Shown here piece after piece: positions 1-12,815 of a stretch of 64,000 nt of DNA (its first letter is position 1; each line of letters opens with the position of its first letter). Where the stretch lies: NCBI RefSeq assembly GCF_006345805.1, contig NW_021832231.1, positions 806,001-870,000 on the forward strand, read 5' to 3'. The translations under genes and the position numbers were made by a program. A model generated the notes under the pieces. That model did no database searches, was not told the DNA's origin, and saw nothing but the letters and a program-made list of their open reading frames with translations. Origin of the DNA: Octopus sinensis (lineage: Eukaryota).

Positions 1-1516
1 AAAACCTTACTGTAAATCGGATTTTGAATAACTCGAATCTTGAATTAGTTCTCTTTAAATAGATTTTTAACAGAAATATTTTATTTAATAATTATTTTTC
101 TGCAGCAAAACATCTTTTTGCTATTTATAAATATTTATATAATTACAGATATTTTTTTAATAGTCTTAACTTGGAATGAAGTTGTTTTAAAATTTTCTGG
201 AGAGAAGTATGTAACGGATGCCAACAAACTTACTGGAATGAAATTTTACTTGAGTCGTGCTTCGAGGGACAACGGAAAACATGCAAGTAAAGAAAAAACA
301 TAAACTTTTTATGCGTTCCTATAAAAGAAGTCTATTATATCATAATCTCGTGGTATACCTTAAATGTATCTTTGTGGCCTTTTTAATAAAAATTAAATAA
401 TTTTTACTTAAACAGAAAGCACTGTTGGGGTAAATAAAAACACGAAGGTTTTCTTCACATGAGAAAGTTCTGACATGTTTTTTCACTACATTTGCCCCCT
501 TCAGAACAATTATTATGATTAACAATTATAAAAATTAACTATCATATGCCGAATATATTTTAAATCCTCTGATATCTAAATTCAGGTCGCCTTTTTTAGA
601 TTTTTTAAGCATATGATGTAATCTTAATGTTGATAGTTTTTTATTTAATGAGTTAGTTGAGTTTCACTTCTTGAAAATTTTAAATACTTTGAATTAATTT
701 TTTAAATAAAATTTTTTATCATTCGTTCAAAATATTTCAAATCACATTTAGAGAATTTCCGGTATTCTGAATTCAAAATATTTATTGTAACTACAGATGT
801 ACTTTGCCGTCTTAAGAGTAAGTTATTAGACAAGCAGAGTAATAAATTAAAATTAACTTTACATAAAAAGTTGAGATAATGATTTACCACCATTTGAAAT
901 TAAATTTGAAATTACAAAATAATTTAAAAATTGTGCATTCGATTCAGTGACCGGGGAAATGAATCATTTGTAAGCTTAAAAAAGAAGCGATGTATTCGAT
1001 AAAACATTTTATGGTTGTGGGCCTACAAAACTGGGAAATAATCGACATTTTAGCCGTTTTTAATATCCTCAAAGACAGGTGATGTTGAAAGCTAATAATG
1101 TTCTAAATATTATTGTAATAACCTCTTGATGATTTAAAGAAAAGTGAAGATGATCGATTTATAATTACAAATTGTTTAAACAGGTTTCCGGCTTTAATAT
1201 ACGAACTTTGGTAGTTGCCCGTCGAGGAAAAAGAAAAAAATGATAAGAAATGAAAAATATAAAAGGAGCGTTTAATGACCAAAACGGTGTCTTTTGGTGT
1301 CTTGCAGCTGACAAGTATTAGTTGATGTCTATTTTTGATCTCTAAAGCGGAGGTGTTTTTTCATAGTAATTTACTAGATTTCCCATCTTAGAATTTTTAA
1401 CTTGCTCTATTTTTCAAATATAATTAATTTTTTTTATTTTAATGCAACTTATATTCATAATTTTTTTTGGACAGACCATAAAGTAATAAAATATTTAAAC
1501 AAGTGAGCGAAATAAA

Positions 1517-3314
1517 ATGGATTTGATTACCTCAGAACACGAGAATTGTTATTTATCAAATTTTTAATTTTAGTAAACCCAATAAGTGCCTTATACGAAC
1601 ACTGCTCAAAAGCGTCAATAACAAGTACATATCTCAAATTCCTGAATTTAAGTATTTTTTCAAGAGTTGGCAACTAACGACAACTCCACAAACAAATATG
1701 GATCCAAATGCAGCCTAAGCACAGGCCAAGTCTTTTATGGGTATGGAGATACAAAAAAATCATCAAAAAATGCATCAGCTGAAGCCGCCATGAAGAATAT
1801 CAAACAAGAAATGCCAAATAAAAGTCAATGTATTATTATTACACAATTCTATGCTTTAAATAATTTAAATACCTATATCGCACAGGTCAAATAATTTGTA
1901 TAAATATTATGTGTATAGCACTGTTAATTTGTATAAATGTTATTTAAAAAGTGAGAACAACAATCGACTATTTGTCACATAATCCAATTTCCTACCTCAC
2001 AAATTACTCACAGAAAAATAACTTGATCTGTACGTGGGAAGTGGAGAAAATAGGCAAAGATTGGAAAGTTAGACAAATAAATAAGCTTAAAGGCCATTTT
2101 GTTACTGAACGGAGTCCCTGTTGAGACTGCAGAAGGGAAGACATCCAAGAAAGCCAAGAGAAATGCAGCAGAGAAGGCTGTGTCCACAGTAATAAATAAA
2201 AATATCACTAAAATTAAAAATGGCATAAAATATATATTTCAATTAAAAAGAAGAGACAGTTCAAGACTTTTGCGAGAAACTGATAATGAAGCTTCAGAGG
2301 ACATACCCTGAGTACATGTCTGGGAGGAAGACATTCGCCATTATTGTGCAGAAAGAAGAGGGTCAGTGAACATATCTAAAGTCAGGTGAACCACTGAAGG
2401 AAGTCTCTGTTGCAATGGGAGGAGGAATATGGCATGCAGAAGTCCTGGTCAGACGTGCTTTTCTGAGATATATTTATTCGGATTTGAAAAGAATTTGTGT
2501 AAAAACTAAAAACAAGTTTTTGTTGAAGGGAGGAGTCTCTTTTCATTTGTATATTACAAACCCTCCTTGTGGATGTGCCTGTTGTTATGAAATGTTTTTT
2601 GAGTTTTTAAAATCCTCAGAAAAAGTGGAAGAACTTTAGAAAATGACGTGAATTTACTGAGAGAAAAAAATGTCCGCGGTGAGTTAATTTTTACTTATTT
2701 TAGGAGAAGGGACCACCATTCTGTCAACAGGGAATGCCCACACAGCCATGAGTTGTTCGGACAAGTTGCTGAAGTGGAACTGTCTTGGATTGCAGGGCAA
2801 CCTGTTGGGAAATATAGTAGAACCCATTTATTTGTCTTCAATACTGATAAGTTGAATATATTTGTAGTCGTAGAGCATTCATATTCTGCGGTGGCTCCAT
2901 TTTTTGAGATGGCTTTTTACGACAGACTGCCCTCGATGAACCCCCGTCGTCCCACCATTCACTATTTGGGGTCAAAAAATGATATTAGAAATACGGATTT
3001 GCTCAACAAATATTCCATGTTTTGGAACTGTCACGATTCCTCTCCACAGTTTATTCATGAAAAAATTGATTCGGTTTTTCACGTTTTTTATTCAGTAGGA
3101 CCACGATGCTAATAAATTGAGTTGTCAACAAATGGTGGGACTTTTTAAAGAAGCAGTGGAAACTTATTTTCCTCACATTAATAAAATTAATGATTATGCT
3201 CAGGCCAAATGCCTCAATGCTGAGTATAACAAATTGCACAACAAGTTTGTCGAGGATTTAAAATCTACAAATTTGGGTTATTGGAAAAAAGTTGAAAAAA
3301 ACTTTTCTTTATAG
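1517..3314 (+). CDS. ADAR: ADAR-like dsRNA adenosine deaminase (2 dsRBDs + deaminase domain), multi-exon
   Basis: Hand-spliced protein: dsRBD1 NPISALYEHCSK...GQVFYGYGDTKKSSKNASAEAAM; dsRBD2 NPISYLTNY...AEGKTSKKAKRNAAEKAV; deaminase motifs WHAEVLVRRAFLRY, FHLYITNPPCG, LLREKNVRGEGT, MSCSDKLLKWNCLGLQGNLL; C-terminal YAQAK...LGYWKK. Some splice sites are ambiguous. Confidence 0.88.
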
Positions 3315-4299
3315 TTTTTCCATTTTCTTTTTCTATATTACTTATTTGGTGTGTTAGATTAACTTATTACTTGTCGAATCGGAGAACAGAAACTCCCAGG
3401 TGAAATTACGAACTTTTCTGATCAGACAATAAATATATGCTATGAAGACGGGGAGTATTTTTACAGGTTTCCGTAGGATGCGTTGAGTTTTACAGCAATT
3501 ACATTACATTTTTGGAAATTTTTGATTCGCGTATTTTTCCAGATGTGTTTTTTGTCCCAAGAGATTATCTTGCAAATTATATTCCTACTGGTATTAGATA
3601 TACACTTAGCAGTGCGTAGTTAAATAAAACTCTCCACATGAATAGTTTAAATATGTTACCTTTATCGAATTAATATAAAACGTGCGAGAAAAATAAGTTT
3701 TACTCTAAAATGAGTAGATATTTTTACTTTATCTTGACGTTTGTGTAGTTCAGGAACGATTAATTCATTAAAGTTAATTCAATGATTATAGTCGAGTTTT
3801 TATAAAATATAATTGAATAAAATTCTCTACGCTCTATTCTATATCAGTTCCTGAAAAACACCAACCTGCATATAGACGATTTGAAAAATAATTTTCTAAA
3901 CAAAAATAACTTTCCGATTTCTAAAGTTGTTTACTCCACGATAACAACTTGTTTTTTGAATATAGGATGGAATTGGCTTAAAATACTACAAATCCCACCT
4001 TGATTTTCTTTGCAAGAAAAAGAAACGAAGGAATATATTTAGCCGGTTGATTTGGAAAACATAAACATTGAGGACCATAAACTGGAGAAAAACATGAATT
4101 TTTTTGTGAAGAGAAGCTTGACGTAGAAATTAATTGAGCACGCCGTCAACTTAAATTAATTAGTTTAATATACAGAAATTTTTAATATTCAATTTTGGCT
4201 TATATATCGTTCTAAAGTTTTGGTGAGTGATAAATATGACTTGTACTTTATTTAATGACACCGTTATAAATCAAACGTTTTTTAAATTAAAAATCTAAA

Positions 4300-4817
4300 T
4301 TATTTATGAGAATCAGTTTTTTGTTTCAAGAAAATTGCCATCTCGAGGGCCTCCTTGTCGCATTTGAGCACAGTCAACCGATTTTTAAGGGGGAGTTCTG
4401 TAGTCTTTTTGCATAGATTACATTTGATTGTCCATCCAGTCTTGCTGAGTTGTTTCAAAACACATCGAAGGCACACTGTGTGAGAACATCTTGGAATCAC
4501 TACCGGCTTGTTCTTGCATTTGTCATAAATACGACAACACGAGTTACAAATCCCATCATTTTGTTGTTTTACAAAAACCCGTTCAGACACTATTGAGATT
4601 TTATCTTCTATCGACTCTTTGTCTGTGTCAGTTTTGTTTATGTTAACGGGCTTTAGTCCAAAGCCACCAAACGGGTCCCAACTATTGTCATCAGAAGATT
4701 CGATATCACTAGAGTACATCAATAGTCATATGTTAACTAATTAATTTCAAATGTATCTTCGATCTCTGACTTGGGTCCGTTGTCAAAAAAATTATCATCT
4801 GAAAATATATTCTCCAT
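4300..4817 (-). CDS. Small RING-finger (C3HC4-like) protein, putative E3 ligase
   Basis: CxxC...CSHTVCLRC...CNLC motif. ATG at 4817 joins the ORF through a 29-nt GT-AG intron. Confidence 0.75.
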
Positions 4818-5033
4818 TTTATTGTTTTACGAAGAATATGGTCGTATTTATAAGATTAGAGTTTGTTCATATGTTATTGTTTGGTGATTGGATTGTCTGA
4901 ATTAAATTTATATTTTAAACAATTCTCAAAGGACATTTCTTGAGAAATTAACTATATATTTGCTGTTTATTGATAGGAAAATACATTTTGATTTAAATAT
5001 TTATTTTCAATTTGTGATGTTTTATTTAAAAAT

Positions 5034-5392
5034 TTATATTTTGACACTTATGTCTGACAATTCAGTAAATTCTGTTTTCTCCACATTTACATTGAGGAAC
5101 CACTCAGCAAGTTTACTCAGCAGGTCTTCGTAATACTCTGATCGCCTGATACTACCTTCCATTCTCCTTGAGAGCCTCCATTTTTTGGATCGTTTTTTAA
5201 CAAAGGAAAAACACTTTTTGATTTTTTTGATATTTGTTCTTTCGCAGCCAAGATTCTCTTTGATGTGTTTCTCATCTATATTTAAATATTGTAGCTTAAT
5301 AGTTTTTTGTTTCTTCACAAAGAGTGAGATACAGTAAACCAAAATAAAAAACGAACACTACATTTTTCCTAAAATTTCCAAGAAACGAATCA
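5034..5392 (-). CDS. Hypothetical basic protein or gene fragment
   Basis: Open 102-aa frame in AT-rich DNA; no recognisable motif. Confidence 0.25.
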
Positions 5393-5479
5393 TAAAAAAA
5401 TATCTAAATGAAATTTTAACAATATATAAACAATAACTAATATTTTTATTTTTGCAAAAAATATATTTTTGGAACGCCC

Positions 5480-6405
5480 AAGGTGATTCAATATCACCTG
5501 TACTATTCATTGTCTATCTTGAAGCGGCACTAAGAGATTGAGAAAACTAGTGAAGACTACTCAATAATGAAGTGATATATGCCGACGATGTAGACTTTTT
5601 GTCTCATGATAGTCGACACTCGAAGAACTGCTGAACATTGCTCCTCATGCACTGGAAAAATGGTTCTAAAAGTGAACATAGAAAAAAACCGATATGTAAC
5701 AATCAACCGGGAGGCAAATAGAACAGACGAAAAATGGCGAAACTCGAAAAAAGTTGGAACTCTTTTAGGAGATAGCGAAGACATTATGAGGAGAAAGATG
5801 CTATCGACTGTTGCACTTAACAAACTGCGGACCACTTGGCTACGAAACCGCGAGGTTGGAACGGCCTTACGTGCCAAATTATACATGCTTTTATTAAACC
5901 CATACTTTGTACAACGGAGGAAACATGGGGAATATCTGAGTCTGAATCAAAATCTCTTGATGCATTCCATAGAAGACAGTTAAGAATTCTTATTGGCATC
6001 AACTGGCCAAAGAAAATCAAGAACTCCACCCTATACAATATCTGCAACAGCAGACCCGTCAGTGTGGACATTACCGAAGCAGTGGCGCCTATTGGGCCAC
6101 ATTCTAAGACTCGACCAGGATGTCTATGCTAACTGGGCAATGGAATCATATTACGCAAAGGACGAAAGATCTGCGTCCCGAGGACGCCACGAAATACATT
6201 ACCTATTGTAATCTCAAAAGAACTACAACGCGTTAAAAGACAACTGAAAATGGAGACGACCTAGATACTCTCAGGAGTATAGCATACAACCGCACATCAT
6301 GGAAAATTATGACCGAAAAGATAGTCTCATATGTGGCACATGTGGGAACTTAATTAGTTTAAATTACATTATGTTCCTATGACAGTGCTAATAATAATAA
6401 TAATA
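5480..6405 (+). mobile_element. 5'-truncated RTE-like LINE fragment
   Basis: RT motifs QGDSISPVLF and IYADDVDF; downstream LDAFHRRQLRILIGINWP and QWRLLGHILR; (TAA)n tail at about 6389-6405. Confidence 0.8.
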
Positions 6406-6419
6406 AAAAATATATTTAC

Positions 6420-7100
6420 CCCCTTTTTACGGCAAAAATATAATCTGAACAAAAATAAAAAACGAACAAAATTTTATTTACAAATTAAAATTTAGTATGC
6501 CACCACGTGTCGCAATTACAGACAATATTCGTTCACTCATAGTTCTACCAATGATTTTGCATAATCCACTCCTATCTCATTTCAAATTTTTGTAATTCTT
6601 CAAAAAGTTCCTCTTTTTTGGAATACGATTTCCCCCTTATTTTTGCCTTCATATAGCTCCATACGTGTTCAATGGGGTTAAGATCCGGGCTTTGCACTAG
6701 CCAAGGTAGCAATTCGATATTATTAGTCTCAAAGAATATTTTTGCAAGCACACATGTGTGTTTTGGGTCGTTGTCCTGTTGAAAAATTGGATCAATAATC
6801 CTAATTTTTTTCCAGAAATGGCAACAAATTGTTTGCCAAAATGTTAACATACAATGATCCATTCATTATTTTTTTATCCAAACCAGATTACTAAAATATT
6901 CAGACGTAAATGCACCCCATATCATCACACTCCCTTTTCCAAATTTTACGGTTTCAGTAATATTACGTGAAACAAACTTTTCGGATTGTTGTCTCCATAC
7001 AAATCTTCGTCCGTCGTTGTTTACTAAGTTGAATTTGCATTCGTCGCTGAATATAACGTGATTCCAGTGTTCGTTTTTTATTTTTTGTATCTCAGTTGTT
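6420..7100 (-). mobile_element. Tc1-type transposase remnant
   Basis: IFSDECKFNL, VMIWGAF, FQQDNDPKHT and SPDLNPIEHVW motifs. Confidence 0.85.
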
Positions 7101-7109
7101 TCACTTAGT

Positions 7110-8170
7110 GATGTGCTGAATACACATCAAATGCTTTAATGAAGTTTATATCAGACGGTCTAAACAAAAAACCTAAACAGGAAAAATTCATTGTCTGCTC
7201 GATCGACATAAAGAAGGCTTTCGATTCGGTGCCAAGGAAAATACTCACACAAAAGATCTATTCCTCAAATATTGATACGAATCTAAAACTATGGCTTGGG
7301 AATTTCCTGAGCGGCCGTCGGGGAAGGGCTTGCTGTGGAAACAGATCTTCCATATCGAGACTATTACCAAATGGGGTCCCTCAGGGTTCTCCACTATCTC
7401 CACTTTTATTCAATCTCATGATGAACGACATACCACAGCCAGAAGGGGACAACGATCTGTTATTACTATATGCAGACGATATTATCGTCGCATCAAGGGA
7501 TGTGAGCATAATAAAAGCAACGGATAGAATACAGGATAACCTCAACAATCTGATTTCATGGCTATATAAAAACGAACTATTTTGACTCTGTTTACGAAAA
7601 ACAGAAGGCTTGGGAAAGTTTCAATTGAAGCTAAGTTAGACGGGGAAATTATACCGCAGAGCAAAACCCAGAAGATTCTTGGAGTTACATTCGACACCTT
7701 TCTAACCTTTTCAACCCACGTCGAAAATGTAGTTATGGCGGGTGCAAGAAAGGTTAACTTCCTGAATGCCTTCCTGAAGAACGCAGGAGAATGCAAAGGC
7801 CTATATGGCCTAAACAACATATATAATCAATACTTGGAACCTACGATCGGCTATGCGTGCGGAATCTGGGGAGCAAACTTAAGTGCAAACAATCAATCAA
7901 AAATCGACAAAATTCGGTTGAAAGCGGCAAACCTGCTAAATACTTTTTCCGATAAAGAGATTATCCCAAAAGCCTGGAACAACATCATAAAGTCATCTGC
8001 AATCCATCTACGAGAGGTTCGTCCTGAAAATCCCCGTCCGTACCGAAAATGCGTCGGGACAACGGCGGAACATCGGGAGAGGCTGCGCGAACTGCTGAGG
8101 GAGGCTGGGATCACCTGAATTCTTCTTTCTTTTGGCTATGACGGTGGTTTTCTGGTTCAATAAATAAATG
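7110..8170 (+). mobile_element. 5'-truncated LINE (I/Jockey-like RT) abutting or interrupting the Tc1 remnant
   Basis: DIKKAFDSV, GVPQGSPLSPLLFNL, YADD and KILGVTFD motifs; AATAAATAAA at the 3' end. Confidence 0.85.
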
Positions 8171-8851
8171 TGCTGACAATTTATGTTAGAGAACCGACAG
8201 TTCGTTTACAAACGAGTCGTATTTGTAAAATTACTTTTGCTACATAATAGATATACAGTAAAACTTATATTGCTTGCCACTTCTATTGTTCCCCACATTT
8301 TTTTAAGAATTGAAAATTTCTAAAGAAATCTTTATTGCTCCCCAAATTCTAAATCTCGCCACTATTTTTCATTATTAAAACCAATTTTTATGTCTAAACT
8401 AACTTTAATATGAAATAATTTTAATTTGCTTTATCCAACATGCGCAAGTGTACTAGACTTACGTTTGATTAAAAAAGACGCATAATAGCCTACATAATAA
8501 CAAACATCTGATTATTGAACATATAGCCTCTGTTTTTTCTTCAATTTTAAGAAAAAAAATTTTATAAAAATCAATCAATGATCTCATGCTTGAGAAACAA
8601 AAAATACCTGATAGTGATCCTTTGTCAAGCAAAAAACGCCTATTCAATCTAACACATTCAACTAATGCTGCAGAAGTTATGACATGGATCGAACATATCG
8701 AACTTCGTGGCGGATTCTTGGACGACAATTCTATTCTTTCGAAAGCAAAAAAAGTTGTCGATCTACATGGAATTACTTATTTGAGGCTGGCTTTCTAAAT
8801 TCAACAATTCAGTAATTTGCACAAAACTGCAAGAATGTGAACCTGAATATA

Positions 8852-10524
8852 CAGTGGAACTTGTCTAAACCGGCCCCTGAATATACCGGATCTCTCCGTA
8901 TACCGGCCGTTTTTTCCGGTCCCAATTGTTTACAGTATTTTTCAATATAAATTTCACCTCTTTATTCCGGATCCTCTATATTCTAAAAACCGGCCGTAAT
9001 GTCAAGTCCCAACGGTTTTTTTCACACTGTGCAAGATGGACGAATAATGGCAAAATCTATCACCATACTTGATGCCTTCACTTGGATTGGTGCAGCATCT
9101 TCCTCGAAAACAACTGATGCGGAGAGTCCGAGTGATTCTAACGACGATGGCGAGTCGCAAAAAGCAGCACGAAACCAAATTAACTCGCATTGACATTCGC
9201 TCAATGCTCGAATATATACAGCACTTCGCTTGCACGGAGGATCCTTCTCTTCTTCCGTCAATAAAAGAATTAATGATTCTGAACAACACGGCCATTGTGA
9301 AAAAAAATCAAACCTAAACCAGGCATTCTCAACCTTTTTTTGTTCATCGCCCCCTTAGATATTTTATCGCCCCCTTGTCCACATACAATTAAAAATTTGG
9401 GCATTGTCCCTTAATTGGTTGTTTTTGTATATAACTCAAAAATCAAAATATAAAATAATAAATCAAATGTAAAAAATTGAATTTTATTAAAAATTATTAG
9501 CGAGACCCTTGATATTGATGTTTACTCGGTAAATATTCTCTTTCGGGTTTAAATCCCATTAAAACAGCTTTACTATCTACAATGACGCTTTCATCAATTT
9601 GTAATGAAAACTTACTTCGCTTCAGTCTTTCAATAAGGATTTCCTTTACATTGTCACCCATTTCATCAATTTTCGACGAATCACCTGATGAACGTGTTAG
9701 TTAATGGTTAACACGGTGATTTTTGTTTGGCTTAAATAATAATAATAATAATCATTGCTAAGAGGTAGATTTTTAATAATTTTAGAAGCATCTTGATGCA
9801 TTACATCCGATATTATTACTTCCAGTGATGGAATATTGCATTTTCTGCGATAGTATGAGAACTGGAAGTTTTCGCCGTAATTTCAGCAATTTTATAAGAA
9901 GCGATGTGCGCACCACAACTACATATAAATAAATGTTAAATAACCATCATGTACTGGCTTTGTGAATAACGATTTGATCGTTTTCTTATTTTCAAAATTG
10001 TATTTTAAATTTTGAAAATATTCAATCGGCTTTGACATTTTATCCGGGTGCTTGCGTTTTAGATGCTCCTGTAATCGTGATGGCTTCATCGCCTCATTTG
10101 AGAAGAACATTGATAAATAAGACAAATAAGGCTGTTTGTATCTTCAGTACTTTGAATAAACCCATATTTTAAATATTCGTTTTGATAATGAAGACTTTTC
10201 TTATTTGAGCGAGAAGACATCTTAGATACCAAACAAGAATGTTAAAAACAGCGTGCTATTTTAAAATCGCCCCCTGTACAAAATTATCGCCCCCTGTACA
10301 AAAATTTTCCCCTAGGGCGATTCCGCCCCCGGTTGAGAACACCTGCTTAAACAATTTTTTGACAGATTTTCTTAATAAATAGAATCTTACTTAAGTCCTT
10401 TGTGGTAGATTATGTTCATAAATTTCAAAACCTTGATAAACGGATCTCTCTATAAACCGGATCTCTCTATAAACCGGCCGATTTTCATGGTCCCGTCGGA
10501 GTCCGGTTTAGACAAGTTCCACTG
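8852..10524. mobile_element. Non-autonomous pogo/Tigger-type element with intact TIRs
   Basis: TIRs CAGTGGAACTTGTCTAAACCGG (8852) and CCGGTTTAGACAAGTTCCACTG (ends 10524), each flanked by TA. Confidence 0.9.
9320..10345 (-). mobile_element. Internally deleted hAT (Buster/ZBED5-like) transposon
   Basis: TIRs CAGGCATTCTCAACC and GGTTGAGAACACCTG; degraded nnnTAnnn-type TSD; YLKYGFI...SNEAMKPSRLQEHLKRKH and FSLQIDES motifs. Confidence 0.85.
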
Positions 10525-10919
10525 TATATTTTTTCGACAAAAAAGGAATATTCTTTCAAAAGGTATTTGTCGAAAAAATTCTCCTAGGGGAAAAATGCTT
10601 TATTTTATTTCTTATATTTTAGATTTTCTTTGTTGCCATGTGCAAATATGACTGGGACAGATAAAAAAGTCCATTGATGATTAAAAAATCTAAGAAACCT
10701 AGATGCTTTAAGAATCATTTTGCACGCGCGTTTCGGAGTTATCCTCGCAAAATTTCGTCGGTCCTGAAAATGGCGAGATTTAGATGTTTAACTATAATTA
10801 CGAATGAAATCAATAATTCTGGTAATACAACTTTGAATTTTCAATGTTTGTCTGTTGACCTTGTGCATTGCCTTTTTCTCTTAGACCCATCCAGAGACAG
10901 CAAAATAGATCCTTGTCTT

Positions 10920-11290
10920 TGATAACCAATTCACATATTCGTTTTGGGGTTATCCTCCAGATGTACTTCATCATGCTTCTTTACTTTGTAGAGTGTCTGT
11001 AGTAGATATTTCGCTTGCTAACACGTCGTATTTGTACATTTTCTCTACTCAGACATTTTTCTAAGCAACTCAGGGACGTTATTCCGATCTTGATAACGGT
11101 TATCACGTTTGTGGTCTTTTCATGTACAAAGATATCGGTTTGTTGTTTTCCACGACAGTGCAAAAATGATTTGTTGACATTAATTCACATTGAGGATAAT
11201 TTGTTAGCATTTTTCAGGTTGATACGGTAATTAATAATAACTTCTTATTTCAGATCTTATCACAATCTTCTTGTACCGAGTTGATTATCG
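10920..11290 (-). mobile_element. Fragment of R2/NeSL-like retroelement restriction-like endonuclease
   Basis: DIFVHEKTTNVITVIKIGITS...EKMYKYDVLA, related to copies at about 32280 and 56680. Confidence 0.55.
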
Positions 11291-11743
11291 GGGATAAGAC
11301 AGATTGAATCGATTTAGTCGGGCAGCATTTTTTATCCAGTAAGTTTACACAAATGATATGCCTCAAATCTCAGGAAAAATTGCTTCAAAACGGGAGTAGC
11401 AGCAACTTATTTTAAGATAATAATGTTAATCCTTTTCCAAGATTTTTTCTAAAAACAAAAAAAAACCATTAAAGAAGTAAATTATTTAGGAGAAATAAAC
11501 CGGGAAGAGTACACGGCGCCATGTCTTAGTCTCCCCTGATGGCAGGAGAATCTTTCAAATAACGTCCAATCATCTTAGGTTGGGTTATGGCTCAGTAATA
11601 TCTCAAACATTAATTTTGAGATTTATATATATCTCTATATCTCTGTAATAATAAATGAGTTTTTATTGTCTTAATGAAATATTTTTGCAATAAAAATACT
11701 TTGGTTTCCCCACACTCAATCACTCTTGCATTTTTAGAAAGTA

Positions 11744-12413
11744 CAGTCTAATCCCGGGGTGGGGCACCAAAGTGCCCCAAAAGCGGGAATCCCCTTCCAA
11801 ACAGGGGGTTGCTATTCCATCTTATCCTCTGCTGCTAATTAAATACAAAATAATTAATAATAGTTGAAATCTAAACTCATAATATTTTTAGAGTGTTTCA
11901 AAAGATGTATTTTGCGCTACATTTCTATAGTCCTCTGTCCCAATCCTCTGTCCCAATTTCATTATAAAATTCGCGACTTAATTGTTGTATCTTCTTTTAA
12001 ATTGAACATAAAGTCTATTAGGAAGTTTGTGTAATATTAAAAACCAGATCATGTCTCTTCTTAAATCTGTCTAACCAACCGTTTGAGGCTTTAAAAGATG
12101 TTCGAGAATCCAATTTTGTCGATAATTTTTTCGCGATAGCTTTGATTAATGTACCCGAAATAGAAAAGGAATCTTCCCTCAATTGACGAAAAGCATTAAA
12201 AATTAATTCGTCAAGTTAGAAACTTTTTCAACTTCATTTATTTGAACTAATCTTGAAATGACTGATCCGGTATTAATGAAAGAAGAAATTTTTTTTTATC
12301 CGGGAAATAGTGCCTTTGCTTATCTTGAATTTTTTTGCAACTTCTCTTTCAGAAGAAGTTTGTAGACACTTTGCAATTTTAATTTTTGTTTCAATAGAAA
12401 TCTTGGAAGGCAT
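11744..12413 (-). mobile_element. Truncated pogo/Tigger element related to 12816-14536
   Basis: TA-CAGTC end carrying the same GGGGCACCAAAGTGCCCCAAAA subterminal motif; N-terminal HTH SEREVAKKFKISKGTISRIKK. Confidence 0.7.
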
Positions 12414-12815
12414 TTCACATGCAAGCAAATCATACTTTAAAAATTTTTTCCACTTATATTTGTTTAACGTTTCTTTGTGAAGTAATATTAATATCAAAAT
12501 AAGTTATTTTATTCTTGATCTAATGTTTATTTTTTAGTCAAATTTTGACTTAGCAACTCTGATTTCAACGTGTTGTCGCTAATATTGAAGGACCAAATAC
12601 TCCTTCGGCCTGCTTGTTTGATTTCTTAGATTTGAATAGTTTTGACAGACCATTTTTAAAATGTAAAATCTGCCACAAATTGACCTTAATCATAGCTATG
12701 AAGACTAATTAAAAAATTTCTAATATAACAGGTAACTTAAAAAGAAAATATTTTCGAAACGAGAATACAGATAAGATTATAGTCGACAGCAAATCGGTAA
12801 ATGGTATTTACTATA

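Larger units (their letters stand above)
8255..10720 (+). mobile_element. Decayed pogo/Tigger element (outer layer of a nest)
   Basis: TA-CAGT start near 8254; CENP-B-like HTH (WIEHIELRGGFLDDNSILSKAK...GWLSKF) at 8586-8800; resumes after 10524 with IKKSKKPRCFKN. Confidence 0.6.

Noticed and set aside
940-1220. Extra dsRBD-like fragment (DVFDKTFYGCGPTK) upstream of ADAR
   Set aside because: Short and interrupted by stops; cannot be spliced convincingly into the gene.
11500-11600. Structured ncRNA candidate (CCTGATGGCAGG hairpin)
   Set aside because: A single short hairpin with no recognisable snRNA, SL or ribozyme motif.
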